From assembly GCA_013265495.1 (NCBI GenBank), contig MU057487.1, positions 1,116,001 through 1,144,920 of the forward strand: 28,920 nucleotides of DNA, in the 5' to 3' direction. Below, one piece after another: positions 12,029 to 23,319 of the stretch. The number at the start of each line of letters is the position of its first letter. The stretch's first letter is position 1. The position numbers and the translations under genes were made by a program. The DNA comes from Vicugna vicugna (lineage: Eukaryota). The notes under the pieces are model-generated. The model saw only the letters and a list, made by a program, of their open reading frames with translations, had not been told where the DNA came from and ran no database searches.

Positions 12029-13426
12029 GGATGACATCATCACATAAGAACACCATGATCAGTGCTATCTTTGAACGGCTCAGGGATGAGGGTTTTACTG
12101 GTCTACCCTTGAATATTTGATGTGAAACAAAGGTCATTTTTTTCCTCTGTTATATATTGTATTACATGTGTCTGCACATACAACATACTATAGCTAAAAG
12201 TGATGGGTTCAAAGTCCAAATAATTATCTAAGTACCTCCAAAGGTATTCAGAAATCATTATTCATCATATCGTCATCAGGTAAAGTCATTCACCCAGCAC
12301 ACCTCAGCCTGTCTCTGTCTGCCACGCACACTGATGCATCTGTGTCATCCATGGCTTCAAATGAAAACTGTCCAACACCATGCTATGGCACACAGAAACA
12401 GCTGAACACTGAACGAAGCAACAAATTCAAAAACTAAATAAGTAGAGAGCATGTTAGACACTTGTAAGCACAGGGTTCAGCAAAGGGAGATAATCTTCTA
12501 AATAGGTCACCTTGTAGGAAACAAAACATCTTAACGTTCCCTTAGCTGATTAAGAAAATATACAAGGAACAAATTCTGTGTGGTTTGATTCAACTGAACT
12601 CCCTTTTAATCCTTATATTTCAGTTCCAAATACATTGTGGGCATTCAAGAAACACGTAAAGAAATATTGAAGCATCGGGCATACTGCTATGCCACTAATC
12701 ATTTGGGAATGCATATTGGGTTTTATATTTTTTTTTCTGGGAAAGTGTGGAAAACTATGTAAAGCATTATACCAATATGAAGCATTATTATTTTTATTAT
12801 TTCATGAAATTCAGCAATCTATGTGCACATGCCAGGGGCTAAGAACGTTTCTACCATCCAGAAACAGCCACAGATCCTATTACTGCCTGCTTCTTTGCAT
12901 ACATAGCTCTGAGGTTGGCCCCATTTCTTAAATGTAACAGCCACATAATGGCAAAGAATCTACATACAAAGTAAAACTCATTCAGTCTTCCAGATGCTCT
13001 TGTTACATGACACCAAACAATGGAGTGATTGATTAGCTGAACTCCCCCTTGGTATTTGAATTTTTGGCATTGTGTATCCCAGATTTAAATTTGACCTGAC
13101 AGTTAGAACATCAGCATTTCCATGAATTTGAGCTTGTCCATACATACTGAAATAGTAGTATGTGTCAATGTCACCATTTGGTTAGGTCACAATCTACTGA
13201 AAAGCTGCATTTTTCTTCTTTTCTGAATAAATTGGTATGTCTTTTTTGGTTCATATCTTTTGCCATTTATCAGGCAATCCAAATAAGAAACTGATTCATC
13301 TCTGTCACCTCTTTCTCCCACATCTCCTGTGGTGGTTTTGGGTTCCATTTTAACTATCTCGTATACATTGTTCTACTGTAAGATCTCATGGTCTCTACCT
13401 TAGACTTTGCTTTGGTTTTGTACCAT

Positions 13427-13631
13427 TTAAAAGTATGGACTCTGCTGTCAGGTGAATGGGTTCAAACCTGACTCTGCCACCTATTTTCTATGGGACCTGT
13501 ACAACTTTCTCATCTATAAAATGGGGTTAATAATAGGACCTACCTCCAAGCCCTGTCTTAAGTAGTTAATATGTGTCAAACCTTTAGAATGTACCTAGCA
13601 CAAAGTAAATTCCACACAAGTGTCAGCCATC
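13427..13631 (+). mobile_element. MIR SINE
   Basis: gggttcaaacctgactctgccac...tttctcatctataaaatggggttaataataggacctacctc...cctagcacaaagtaa. Confidence 0.85.
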
Positions 13632-13677
13632 AAATTCTCCTCTTTTGTTGTCATCCTCCTCCCAAATTCAAGTACCC

Positions 13678-14210
13678 TTCCAAAATAATCTGATCCTGCT
13701 TCCCAGCCTAGAAACTTGTGAAGTCTCCTTTTGTCTATAAATAACGCCATTCAAGCCTTTCAACCTCTTTGCCCAAAGGTAGCATTCCGGCTTTCTCCAA
13801 ACACACTCCCTGAACTTCAGCCAATCAAGCTTCACCATATTTACAAACCCATGTATTTCTGGTCTCCTAGCTTTGCTCACATTACTTTCTCTAATTAAAA
13901 TACCCTTTCTTATTCTGTACTTAGTTGTGGTCTATGCTTCCCTCAAGACCCAGATCAAATGGAAGTTCTTAGTGAAATCTTCCCTGAAATAACCTGAACA
14001 GGAAGAATCATTCCCACATGAGTTCTTCCACTGGATCTTCTTCAAACACCAATGCAGGACTCAACACATTGTAAGATATTATCAATACTTGCTTATGAAA
14101 CTGTTTTCACCCTTAGATTTGTGTTCCGTGAAGATAAGGATCATTTCTTACATAGTAGCTGACAAATTCTAGGAGCGGAATAAGTGAATGGGCATTTGTT
14201 CGGTGAATAA
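13678..14210 (+). mobile_element. LINE-2 3' region
   Basis: ctttgctcacatt...tccctcaagacccagatcaaatg...aaatcttccctga...catttgttcggtgaataa follows the L2 3' end layout. Confidence 0.7.
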
Positions 14211-14834
14211 TAATCTCATATCAGAAATTTCACTTCTCTCTTTCACAGGATTCAAGTTGCATTCTAATTCTATTAAAAAAAAAATCTTTCTATCTGCCTC
14301 AGCTCCAACGACTTCCCCCACTTTGAACGTCTCTACTATTTATTCTGTCACTCATCTGACATTTATAATATATTGCATTGTGATTTTGATTTCTTTTATT
14401 CATGTATCTGTAACTCAGATGTCAGCTAGAGCCTCTCTACCCATTAAGATCTATCTTAATGGGTTTCAAATCCCACTCCCGCCAGTCTTTAACACAGCAC
14501 AAGATCCCAGTGAATTCCTGGGGGGCTGGATGCTCATCGTGAGCTCTGGCTCTAAACCCTTTCCTGTGTACATTTAGTTTGGTCTGTGGGTCATCTTCCT
14601 CTCCTGTTTTTGCTTTTCCTCTTCTGCCCTTGGTCAATCCAAAAGCAGAAGTCAGACCCTTTCCCTCTTGTCCATAAAACAAAACCAACCAATGAAAAGT
14701 AAATAAGCCTCACTGTATAAGATTTTGTGCAAATGACAGGCTTCACCAAAAGTTTGAAATCTATATCACAGTCAGAGAAGTATCTAGTTAACCACTGTTT
14801 GGCACCATACTCATTCAGAAATGTGTATGTGTAC

Positions 14835-14921
14835 GAGGGTAGAGGTAACCCTCAGTGGTAGAGCACATGCTTAGTATGCATGAGGTCCTGGGTTCAATCC
14901 CCAGTACCTCCATTAAAAAAA
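14835..14921 (+). mobile_element. Camelid tRNA-derived SINE (vic-1 type) with poly(A) and TSD
   Basis: ctcagtggtagagcacatgcttagtatgcatgaggtcctgggttcaatccccagtacctcca plus an A-tail, B box GGTTCAATCC. TSD aaatgtgtatgtgtac (14819-14834) / aaatgtgtgtgtgtac (14922-14937), 15/16. Confidence 0.9.
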
Positions 14922-14923
14922 AA

Positions 14924-14987
14924 ATGTGTGTGTGTACATATATATGTATATATAAGATGTGTGTGTGTACATATATATGTATATATA
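14924..14987. repeat. Perfect 31-bp direct repeat (period 33) of TG/TA-rich sequence
   Basis: atgtgtgtgtgtacatatatatgtatatata at 14924-14954 and 14957-14987. Confidence 0.92.
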
Positions 14988-15527
14988 TTCAACAATCATT
15001 ACTGAATCACTGTAGAGGCAGAGCAGGGGTCTACATCACAACAATCCAAAAAAGGAAACACAACTAATATTAAGATCTGGGGATTCATGCTGGGGGTTTC
15101 ACTGGACATTTGCCTCCATGGAGCAACTCAGCTTCACTTCACTTCTTTGGTTTCTGTCTTTCACCTTTCACCTACCCTCTTCTGTCATCTTCAATTCCTC
15201 TCCCATCCCTTCTGGAACACTTTCTAGAATTTTCTCTATTTTTTTTTCATTCTGTTTGGTAGAACAATTCAAGTCCCGTTAGTCTTTTACTCTGAAAATC
15301 ATTATCAGGTTTACATTTGCATATGCTAATCCATCAAGACGCTCCGCCAAATAAAATGGCCTCTTATAGTAATGGAATGTATTCTCCTAGAAAACTGTTG
15401 TGTTTTAACCCAAGATTTGTTTTTCCTCCTTACATATTTCATTCTTAAAATATAGATTTTAAGTCCCTTAGGGACAGAGATTAACCTACACCACACTTTG
15501 ATCCCTCAAAATACAGTACCTTTAAAA

Positions 15528-15700
15528 TCATTCATTCATCCATTCAATAAATATTTATTGAGCAGTTGCTATATACAAGCTATTATAAAACAAGCAATCA
15601 CCACTCTTACCCTCAAGATGCTTCTGGGAGGAGTGTGTACACACGTGAGCAAAGAATAACAATGCACGGTGGAAAGTAGCGAGAACCTGAAGTGCAGAGT
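15528..15700 (-). mobile_element. LINE-2 3' end fragment
   Basis: tcattcattcatccattcaataaatatttattgagc is the canonical antisense L2 terminus. Confidence 0.8.
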
Positions 15701-15811
15701 TGATTCTGCAGGACCCCAGAAAGGGAGATCTCCCCACGGTTCTCAACCTTGTCTCCACCCCAACATTTCTGAAGCCTCATAGTCTCCAAAGATGATCAGT
15801 AAATCTCTACA

Positions 15812-15978
15812 GCAGAGATTCTTACCCTCCGTGGAAGCAAGTCTGGGAGAACTCTCGTTCCCCCTCCAAGTATAGAGCAGAACAGAAGTGGGGTGGAACG
15901 TGGGGATTTTCAAAAAGACCTGTAAACATCAGTGATTCTTATAAGCCTGCTCAGGGGTGTGCCCTTGGAGAATCACTA
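15812..15978. mobile_element. MER5-like hAT-Charlie MITE, decayed
   Basis: Termini cagagattctt... and ...gagaatcactag, with internal cagtgattct. Confidence 0.5.
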
Positions 15979-17027
15979 GTGTAAAACTTTAAAGATACAA
16001 TTAAATTGGAATGCAGTTTTTCAAAAACGCATTAATTCCATAAAATGAGGTACACTGGGCATATTTGTCTAAGTGCCAGCAACTAGTTAATGTATCTGCA
16101 TAACAATCCCTGTGCCATTTGCTTAACTCACTAGCAGAAAGGCATAAACAACTTGCTGCAGGTCTGTTTGTCATGGCAGTATAATGAGGTCTCTGGGGCC
16201 TTGAGCTGAAAATGACTTGAGATTTCTCTTAGAGAATATCCTTTAGTGCCTGTGAATTGGTTTTGCTTTATGCAATGCTCAGAATGAGAAGGGAAAAAAT
16301 CATTTTACAGAGATTTTTTTCCCAAATGGGAGTACAGTCTCTCAGCTATTTTTAGATCATTGTTCTAAACCCCAAATACTGTTTTACTTTTTTTTTTCAA
16401 ATAGAACAAGGCATATGTTGAAAGTTATTTGTTAAATCCTTGCTCAAAAAAACACAGTAATAAGCATATATTCTCTGGAGAACAACTTGCTTTCAGATTG
16501 AAATCACCTGATAAACCATCCAGCTCAGTGAAGCAGAGGTATGTTTCCTTTTAGATCATGGAGATCAATGCAGAGACTAGAGAAGTAATCACAATTCAAG
16601 CCCAGACCACCTTTGGACTGTTAAAAGAGGGAAGAAGACACAAACAGAAAAGAGCAAGAAACTTTCCTTTGAAAACGTCTGGCAGATCTTCTGTAACTCA
16701 TGGATGCTTATCTGATGACCACACAGGCCCCCTGCTTGGGTTTCTAACCAGTTACCTAAATGTGCTAAAGAAGAACAAAGTTAAATTTATTAGAACATAT
16801 ATTTATTGACAGTCACTAATTTATGCATTCTCATTATCATATAGCCCAAAGGAATACTTAAATTTTGTTACAAATATTGATAATGGCTTTAAAGTATTCA
16901 GCCACCTGGGGCTATATTATAAAGTGAAGAGTTGAAATAATTTTCTGAGCAGCCCAGATCATTAACGGTCTTTTATGTGCTACATCCAGCAGAGAGGAGA
17001 AAGAAAAAAATGGGGGGAAATGTTATC

Positions 17028-17387
17028 TTGCGGCTCCCTCTGCCTGGAAAGTTCTTCTCCCAGAAATATGCAGGACTCGCTTCCTCAAATCTTTTCTCAA
17101 ATGTCACCTTCTCAGCGAGGGCTTCCCCAACAGGGAAGATTGTAACCCTCCCTTTGTCTCCAGCTCCATGAGCCTTCCTCGACTTTTTTTTCTCCATAGC
17201 TCTTAAATTTTCTAATAAGCTGAATAATGTACTTATGTATTTTGTGGGTTGTCTGTTTCTGTCCAATAGAATGCAAGTGCCAGAAAGACAGGAATTTCAG
17301 TCTCCTTCATTTTTTTGCTCTATCTGCAGGTCCCCAGCTCATTGTAGGTGCTCAAAAAAAAAAAGGTGTAGAATAAATAAGTGAATG
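17028..17387 (+). mobile_element. LINE-2 (L2a-like) 3' end
   Basis: ccctctgcctggaa...ctcaaatgtcaccttctcag...tagaatgcaag...gtaggtgctcaa...gaataaataagtgaatg. Confidence 0.88.
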
Positions 17388-18052
17388 CTAGGTGCAACTT
17401 AATTGACAGAGGTCTGTCACTGTGACACTTGGTAGGGGCTCAATTCTATGAACCTTTTTTGACTCCCTTCTGCACACAACATTTAACAACCCTATGTGTA
17501 GCTACTCTTATCCATTGGTTCCTATGAACTGCCCTATAGAGCAGCATACCTTTATACTATGAGTGATAATGTAGAAGATGAGGTCTCCAGAGAGTTGGCA
17601 GAGAAAAATTATCACAGATTCTCTCCCACCACAACTAAAGAAATTTATAAATTCTATGCAAAACAAGATATAAAGAAATAAACCAGTAGCATTCAAACAT
17701 AAGAAGGAACGCAGATTTATGCTTATTTTATGAAAAGGATAAGCTGAAAAGAAAAGCAAAGAGAGAGAAAGAGATTATTCCAGAAACCAGTATGGCTGCT
17801 AATAGTGAATGAAAACGAGAGAGAAAGAGAGAAAGAAGGCAAAATCATATATATAGAGAGAATACTTCCAAAGTGGGAAGAAGACCAAAGGTATAGAAAG
17901 TCCAAAGTAAAGAAACATAAACATCCACCGTTGCCGCCTCGGAATCAGGAAAAAAAAAATCTCCTGAGCTCGCTGTCTATTTTGTGTCTTGTTTTTTTCC
18001 GGCTGAGAACAAAGCTGCAGAGAGAAGGCAGGCTTTTCACAGTGACCTAGGG

Positions 18053-18378
18053 CTAATTATAGCCAACCAAATGTATGTATCTAGCAAAACAGAAGACTGA
18101 AAGCAAAGAAAATACGAACAGAGAGACATAAAGCACGCTCCTCTGAAGGTGCAAAAGGCCCAGGGCGAGGACACCACAAAGAACCCCAGGCTCTGTGATG
18201 CTCCTTCCCGCAGACCTTGAGGCTGGAGGTCCAGCCCACAGGGTTCACTGGAGTTCTTGATAGGACAAACAGTCGGGAAGAAGGCGGTGAAGAAGAAGAT
18301 GCAGCTTTTCTCTATGCAAAGATCAGTGTCCAGGATCCACCCTAAGTTGGGTGTCCCCTGGCCTTAGACATGACGTCA
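18053..18378. promoter_or_regulatory. Candidate enhancer: MEF2-type site and palindromic CRE in a locally CpG-richer unique stretch
   Basis: CTAATTATAG (18053-18062) fits YTA(A/T)4TAR. TGACGTCA at 18371-18378. Confidence 0.35.
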
Positions 18379-18644
18379 CACCAAGTTGTAGTAAACTCTG
18401 CTCACGGCGTCGAATCAAACTGGAGTCGTGAGAGCAGAGACCGAGTTCACAAAACATAGCTTCCCACAATCCAAAGGAGCGGTCCTCCTCTCCCCTGTCC
18501 CTCCCAGAACAGAAAACAGGCACAAAACACATTACCCAGGCCTCACAATACATTCTAAAACATACAAACTGGTCTCAGATATGATGGGAAATCAATTAAA
18601 GAGAGCTCCCTCCCACAATATCAGAGAAAGCAAAAGTTCCTATA

Positions 18645-19200
18645 ATACTAATGACAGCTAACATTTACTGTTTACTGTGAGGCAGGCACTAGGTGCTTTA
18701 CAAATATTAATTCATTGAATCCAATAACAACCCTATAAGATAGTACACAGTTCATATTCGAAACACTGGAGCCAAATGGGTCTGAAATTTGTGGGGTTTT
18801 TTGTTACTTTTAGATTTCAGAAAGGGAATAAGGTTGTATGTGCCCTATAAGACATAAAATTCACGGGTCTTGGAGAAGCAGTTTGTATTCAAACGTGAAT
18901 ATTTTGCAGTGAAATCTATGAATATTCACACTAAGTTGGAAAAACAAATCGTGTAAATAGCTCATATCAATTCAAATCAGGCCAAGTTTTGCCACCCACA
19001 TGAGCTTGTGCCAAACTTACAAAAATGTAGGGTTTGGGGAGCATTTTGGACTTTAAATTTGTGGGTTAGAGAGTTGGACCTGTGTAGTAGCCCCTGCACA
19101 AGCGAGGAAGTTAAAGCGGAGAAAGGTTCAGGTTACGAGTTCTCGTAGGTCAAACAGGTAGAAAGTAACGGAATCTAGATGTGAATTCAGACTCCAGAGT
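18645..19200 (-). mobile_element. MIR SINE split by a DNA transposon (pieces ~18645-18745 and ~19085-19200)
   Basis: gacagctaacatttact...ggtgctttacaaatattaattcattgaatcc...acaaccctataagatagta, resuming gaggaagttaaagcggagaaaggtt...aggtcaaacaggtagaaagt...cagactccagag. Confidence 0.8.
18746..19084. mobile_element. MER46C-like TcMar-Tigger non-autonomous DNA transposon
   Basis: Internal tatgaatattcacactaagt and gccaaacttac match my recollection of MER46C. Ends tacacagttc / gacctgtgta are inverted (9/10), including the flanking TA. Confidence 0.8.
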
Positions 19201-19235
19201 TCAGCTCCCAGTTAACAGAGTTGCCAGTTTGCTTC

Positions 19236-19390
19236 CATTCACTCAGTAAGTGTTTATTAAGGAACTACAGCTAAATTACTGGAACGAGAGATAGAGCAAT
19301 GAAGAGACAGACGCAGTCCCACCTCCATGGAGCTTACAGCTTAGTGAGGACAATGAACAAACACATAGTGTGCCAGGTAGTGGTAAGTGT
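19236..19390 (-). mobile_element. LINE-2 3' end fragment
   Basis: cattcactcagtaagtgtttatt...gcaatgaagagacagacgcagtccc...catggagcttacagcttagtg. Confidence 0.8.
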
Positions 19391-19396
19391 CAGAGG

Positions 19397-19690
19397 TGCC
19401 CCAGGGACTGCATCTCAGACCCAATCCTTCTCTTCCCCCTTTTATAACAGGAACCCCATTTCTCCTCAGTAATAGGGATCAGGTGTCATGGCCTGTCACT
19501 TCAATGCCTTGGAGAATCTCAAATGGCCAGAGGGCATTCTCTCTAATTTAGTGCAACAAAACTGTATAACCTAATGGAAGCCCCCCTCCCTTAGGCAACA
19601 GGACTTCCAATTTACCAAGATCAAAGCTGCAGAAACAAGAAGCAGAAATTCCAGATTATTAGGTATGATAAAGAGAAGGGTTCCTCACTG
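19397..19690 (-). pseudogene. ERV-L dUTPase remnant
   Basis: Hand translation: EFLLLVSAAL..LEVLLPKGGGLP..MPSGH and PDPYY*GEMGFLL*KGEEKDWV* (core 19454-19480). Compare recalled ERV-L LEVLVPEGGMLP, PPGHFG, IDPDYQGEIGLLLHNGGKEEYVW. Confidence 0.8.
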
Positions 19691-19779
19691 CTCTGCTTCT
19701 TGTCTCTCAGATTGTATACTCCGGCTGTGGGGGAACGGTACAGACATTACTGACGTGAAGTATATACTACGCTCTGTAG

Positions 19780-20260
19780 GACAGCACCGAAACATCAGAG
19801 TGATGACCTCATAGCCCCGCATTTAGTAGGCCTATTTACTGTTCAGTCCAGTTGTTTTTAAATCATGAGGAAGTGGGAAGACCAGTGAATCCCATGGAGC
19901 TCATTGCCATACTTCTTTCACTATGAAATGAGTTTCCTGGTTGAAAGTGATGCTGTAAGGAACACTGTGGCATTTTGTGAATCCCCCAATGGCAGATGGT
20001 AGTGCTGACAGAAGAAATGTGGAAAGGGAAGGCAAATCTGTAACCAGAATATGAATCCTGTAACCGAATGGCTGGCTGGTTCCCTCTGAAAAGGGAGCCA
20101 TAGTGGGGACAAAGCATTGGTCTGTGCTGTAGACAGGATGGACACTCGGCAATAGCAGTGGTCAGACTGCCTTGGTAAGGGAAGGTCTATGCTTTTAGGC
20201 CTATGCATAACTTCCATTCCTGATGCCATGCCCACTTCGTCAAGGAGTCTTTTGAGCAAG
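19780..20260 (-). pseudogene. ERV-L integrase remnant
   Basis: ORF-track pieces in different frames: PHYGSLFRGNQPA, DSYSGYRFAFP, HSVPYSITFNQETHFIVKEVWQ. Compare recalled PRYGTIPRGDQPA, DTYSGYGFAYP, HGIPHSIASDQGTHFTAKEVRQ. Confidence 0.85.
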
Positions 20261-20299
20261 CATATGACGGCTGATATCTACAATACAGGTCATCTTGCC

Positions 20300-20530
20300 A
20301 TCTTGTTACTAAGTGCCTGTATTGAATGGGCATTCATCTTCCCTGAATCTTCTTGTTACCACCCTTCCAATCCTTTCTTTCTAAGACCTAGATCAATTGT
20401 CTACCCTGTTAGCAAGCCCATGACCCAGTGCAGATCCATACTTCAGGCTACCTTTTTCCCTAAGGAGAGTAGATCACCAGATGTACTGCTAAAAATTCTG
20501 TTCCTTAGGAAGCTCCTCTTCACCTCTGAC
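20300..20530 (-). pseudogene. ERV-L RNase H remnant
   Basis: AVHLVIYSP*GKR*PEVWICTGSWA (20415-20489). Compare recalled AVHLVVHFAWKEKWPEVRIYTDSWA. Confidence 0.75.
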
Positions 20531-21059
20531 CATAGACACTTTTTAGTAGGTTTGTAGAAACATTTTATTCCTCCTCTATACCAGCTTATGTATTACACAC
20601 ACACAATACTCAAGTAGACTTTCAATTTTTTCTCTTCTGTTAATTGGTCATGGGCAACTCCCCATGAGTTGAAGGAAAGGTGGTGAGAGAAAATGATGAT
20701 ACCATGTGAGTCTGAGCCACTTTTTTACATGATTTACTTGTGCCCTCTGGAACTGGTCAAACCCAGATCCACTTTTAAGTAATGATGGATTGCTGCCATG
20801 CAATTTATGCTATGGTAGGTCAGAAAACACCCAGACCATGATGAGCTTCTCAGATATTACAGTCACTTGGTATCTCATGGTCAGCTATTCCAGCTGTTTG
20901 AGGATCCTCAAAACAGAAACTCCTTTTCACAGAGAGAATTTCAACAGCATAAAATGTCAGAACTTCATTCTAAAATCCTATGGTGTGAGAGCCAATCCAC
21001 AGTGATCCCCTTACTGAAGGCCATTTGGATATCAAGAATCATTACGTCCAAGTGGTAAG

Positions 21060-21790
21060 GCAGCTTTCACCACAGCTTGAACTTTCTACAGAGCTCTCAT
21101 TAGGTCTTCACTCAAAAATAGCAGTCTTATGAGCAAGCCAGCAAATAAACCAGAGTAACATACAGAAAGGTAGTACACAGCGCCTAACAGCTTGTCTTTC
21201 ACTTTTGAAAGAGTGTCCAGATAGTCTTCAGACCACCAGAATTCTAGCAGCTCACCAACATGGTAGATTCTTGAATGTTGATGGGGTTTATCTTCCACTC
21301 ATAGACACGTAAAGTCTTACTAAGGTATGTATGTCATTTGCTATTTTTTGCTCACCAGATCTGATCATCAAAATGCCATCAGTATTACTGGTCAGTGTAA
21401 TGTTCTATAGGACATCAAGATGATCAAGGTGTCTCTAATACATTACAACAGAGAGAAAGAGTTGGCACAGTCCATCAAGAGTATACTCTAGGTCCTATTA
21501 TAAAAATGAAAAGTGCTTCTGATTTTACTATTGGATATAGGATTTTTTTTTTTTATCTGTAACTGCAAACCAGGGGCAGGAACTGTGCTGATTTGCTCCA
21601 GGAAAGGTACCAGATCTGAATAGCAGCTACAAATGGCATCACTATTCAAGTTTATGAAAGCCATTATCATTCTTTAAGATCCATTTAGCTTTTGGACCAA
21701 TTACACAAGTAAGTGGAAATGTGGTCCTAACCTCCACAATTACTCCCAGGGAGAGTGCACTGCTCTTGGCATACTATTTTAGCCTGGCAA
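21060..21790 (-). pseudogene. ERV-L reverse transcriptase remnant
   Basis: VQKLNGS*RMIMAF, DLVPFLEQIST and LDHLDVL*NITLTSNTDGILMIRSGEQK. The YIDD motif is decayed to NTDG at 21375-21386. Confidence 0.85.
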
Positions 21791-21809
21791 AGGTAGTTGG
21801 AATGGAGAG

Positions 21810-22356
21810 GAAAACTAAGTTAAAAAATATGATGAAAATGCAATCACCTAAATTTAAAATAAGAACAATTCTAAAAGACTAATGACCCAGTTTCTTCACC
21901 AAATGTCATGAAAAAACAGGGAGAAGAAACTGTTATTGATAAAAAAAAGACTTGAGATATATCAACTAAGTACAAATATGGAATTTATTTAGGTACTGAT
22001 TCAGCCAAATCACAAGAAAAAGCCAGTTTTTTCATGTAATTGAGGAAATTCAAACATGTATGGTAGATGATTTTAAAGAATTATTATTAATTGTTTAGAT
22101 GTGATAAAGATATGGTAGCTTCATTAAAAAGTAAAATTCCTTATCTACTGGAGGTACATAGTCAAGATGACGTGATGCCTCGGATCTTTTAGAAATCTCC
22201 AAGGGGTGGGGGAAAGTGTTAATGTGGTTAGACAAAGCAATATAAGCAAAATATTGATATTTGTTGAATCTGAAGGATGAGTACATGGGGTTATTATCAC
22301 CATTCTATTTCTGTATGTTTGATTTTTTTTTTCAAAATTGTAACTTGTTAAAAAAT
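21810..22356 (+). mobile_element. Old L1 3' UTR (L1MC/L1ME-like) inserted within the ERV-L
   Basis: gacccagtttcttca, aagacttgagatatatcaac, aaagaattattattaatt, ttgttgaatctgaaggatgagtacatggggtt, A-rich end. Confidence 0.8.
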
Positions 22357-22852
22357 GACTCCATCTATCTATCCTCTATAGCCCCTTTTTACTGGTAGGT
22401 CACAATGGTATACTGGGTACTTAGTGATCAGCCTCAACCCAGGGTCAGTATTTTATAATATAAGGAAGTTTTGGAAAACTCCCTTTTCCCAAAGTACAGT
22501 CACCCTATAAATGGCCGGTGGAAAATGCTTAGAGAAAGATATTACAGTATACATTTGTGACTGTGCTACTTCGCATAAGATACTTCTTATAGGAACCCAA
22601 CTGCCCTTTAGTCATCCCTCCAGTTCTGAACTGGCTTAAGTCTAGTGTGGCTGGCAGCCTGTGAATTCCCACTATGGAGAGTCTATAATCATGTTTCTGC
22701 CTAAAAGATTAATAGTTCAATCAGTATCTTAGTAGACTATACATCTATTTCATTCCTATAGATCCGTGATCAGTTGACCACCACCAGAGATTTCAGTGCA
22801 CCAAGATCGTTGGCCTCTTTGATCCTGCCTATTCTAGAAATTGTGTCTCTCT

Positions 22853-23000
22853 AATATCAAGCAGCACTACCTGGCTTCTGCCTAACCAGGACGTAATTTT
22901 TCCCATTAAAATTAGGATCCCAATTCAATATTAAGCACCACTACCTGGCCTCTGCTTAACCAAGATCTAATTTTCCCCGTTAAAATTGGGATCCCAATTC
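22853..23000. repeat. 74-bp tandem duplication within ERV-L gag (64/74 identical)
   Basis: Units 22853-22926 and 22927-23000 align without gaps, 10 mismatches by manual count. Confidence 0.92.
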
Positions 23001-23039
23001 AATGGTGGCACTTCCAAACATCATTTCCAGGTTATGGAG

Positions 23040-23314
23040 CAGAGATCAGCGAACTTTTTCTGTAAAGGGACAGACAGCAAATATTTTAGCTGTGAGAGCA
23101 AGTCTGTCATGACAAAAGCACCCATGAACAAATGGGCAGTGTCCGTGTTCCAATAAAGCTTTATTTATGGACATAGAAATCTGGATTCCATATAATTTTT
23201 AAGTGACATAATACTCTTTTTTCAGCCATTTAGAAATGTAAAAATCTTAGTTTGCATGCTATACAAAACAGGTGGTAGACCACAGGCCTTCAAACCAAAA
23301 GTTGCCAATCCCTG
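23040..23314. mobile_element. MER58B-like hAT-Charlie MITE inserted in ERV-L gag
   Basis: cagagatcagcgaactttttctgtaaaggg...gtgttccaataaagctttatttatggaca...gttgccaatccctg, with decayed CAGGGGTCGGCAAAC-type TIRs. Confidence 0.85.
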
Positions 23315-23319
23315 GTCTA

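Noticed and set aside
14188..14577. 129-aa ORF and acceptor-like site at 14248
   Set aside because: It starts in an L2 tail, has biased composition, resembles no family I know and has no clear donor.
14835..14912. Functional tRNA gene
   Set aside because: The 5' end/A box is degraded, and the poly(A) tail and TSD mark it as a retroposed SINE.
9642..23000. CRISPR-like arrays from the 33-bp and 74-bp repeats
   Set aside because: Only two adjacent copies each, no unique spacers, no cas genes, and a mammalian context.
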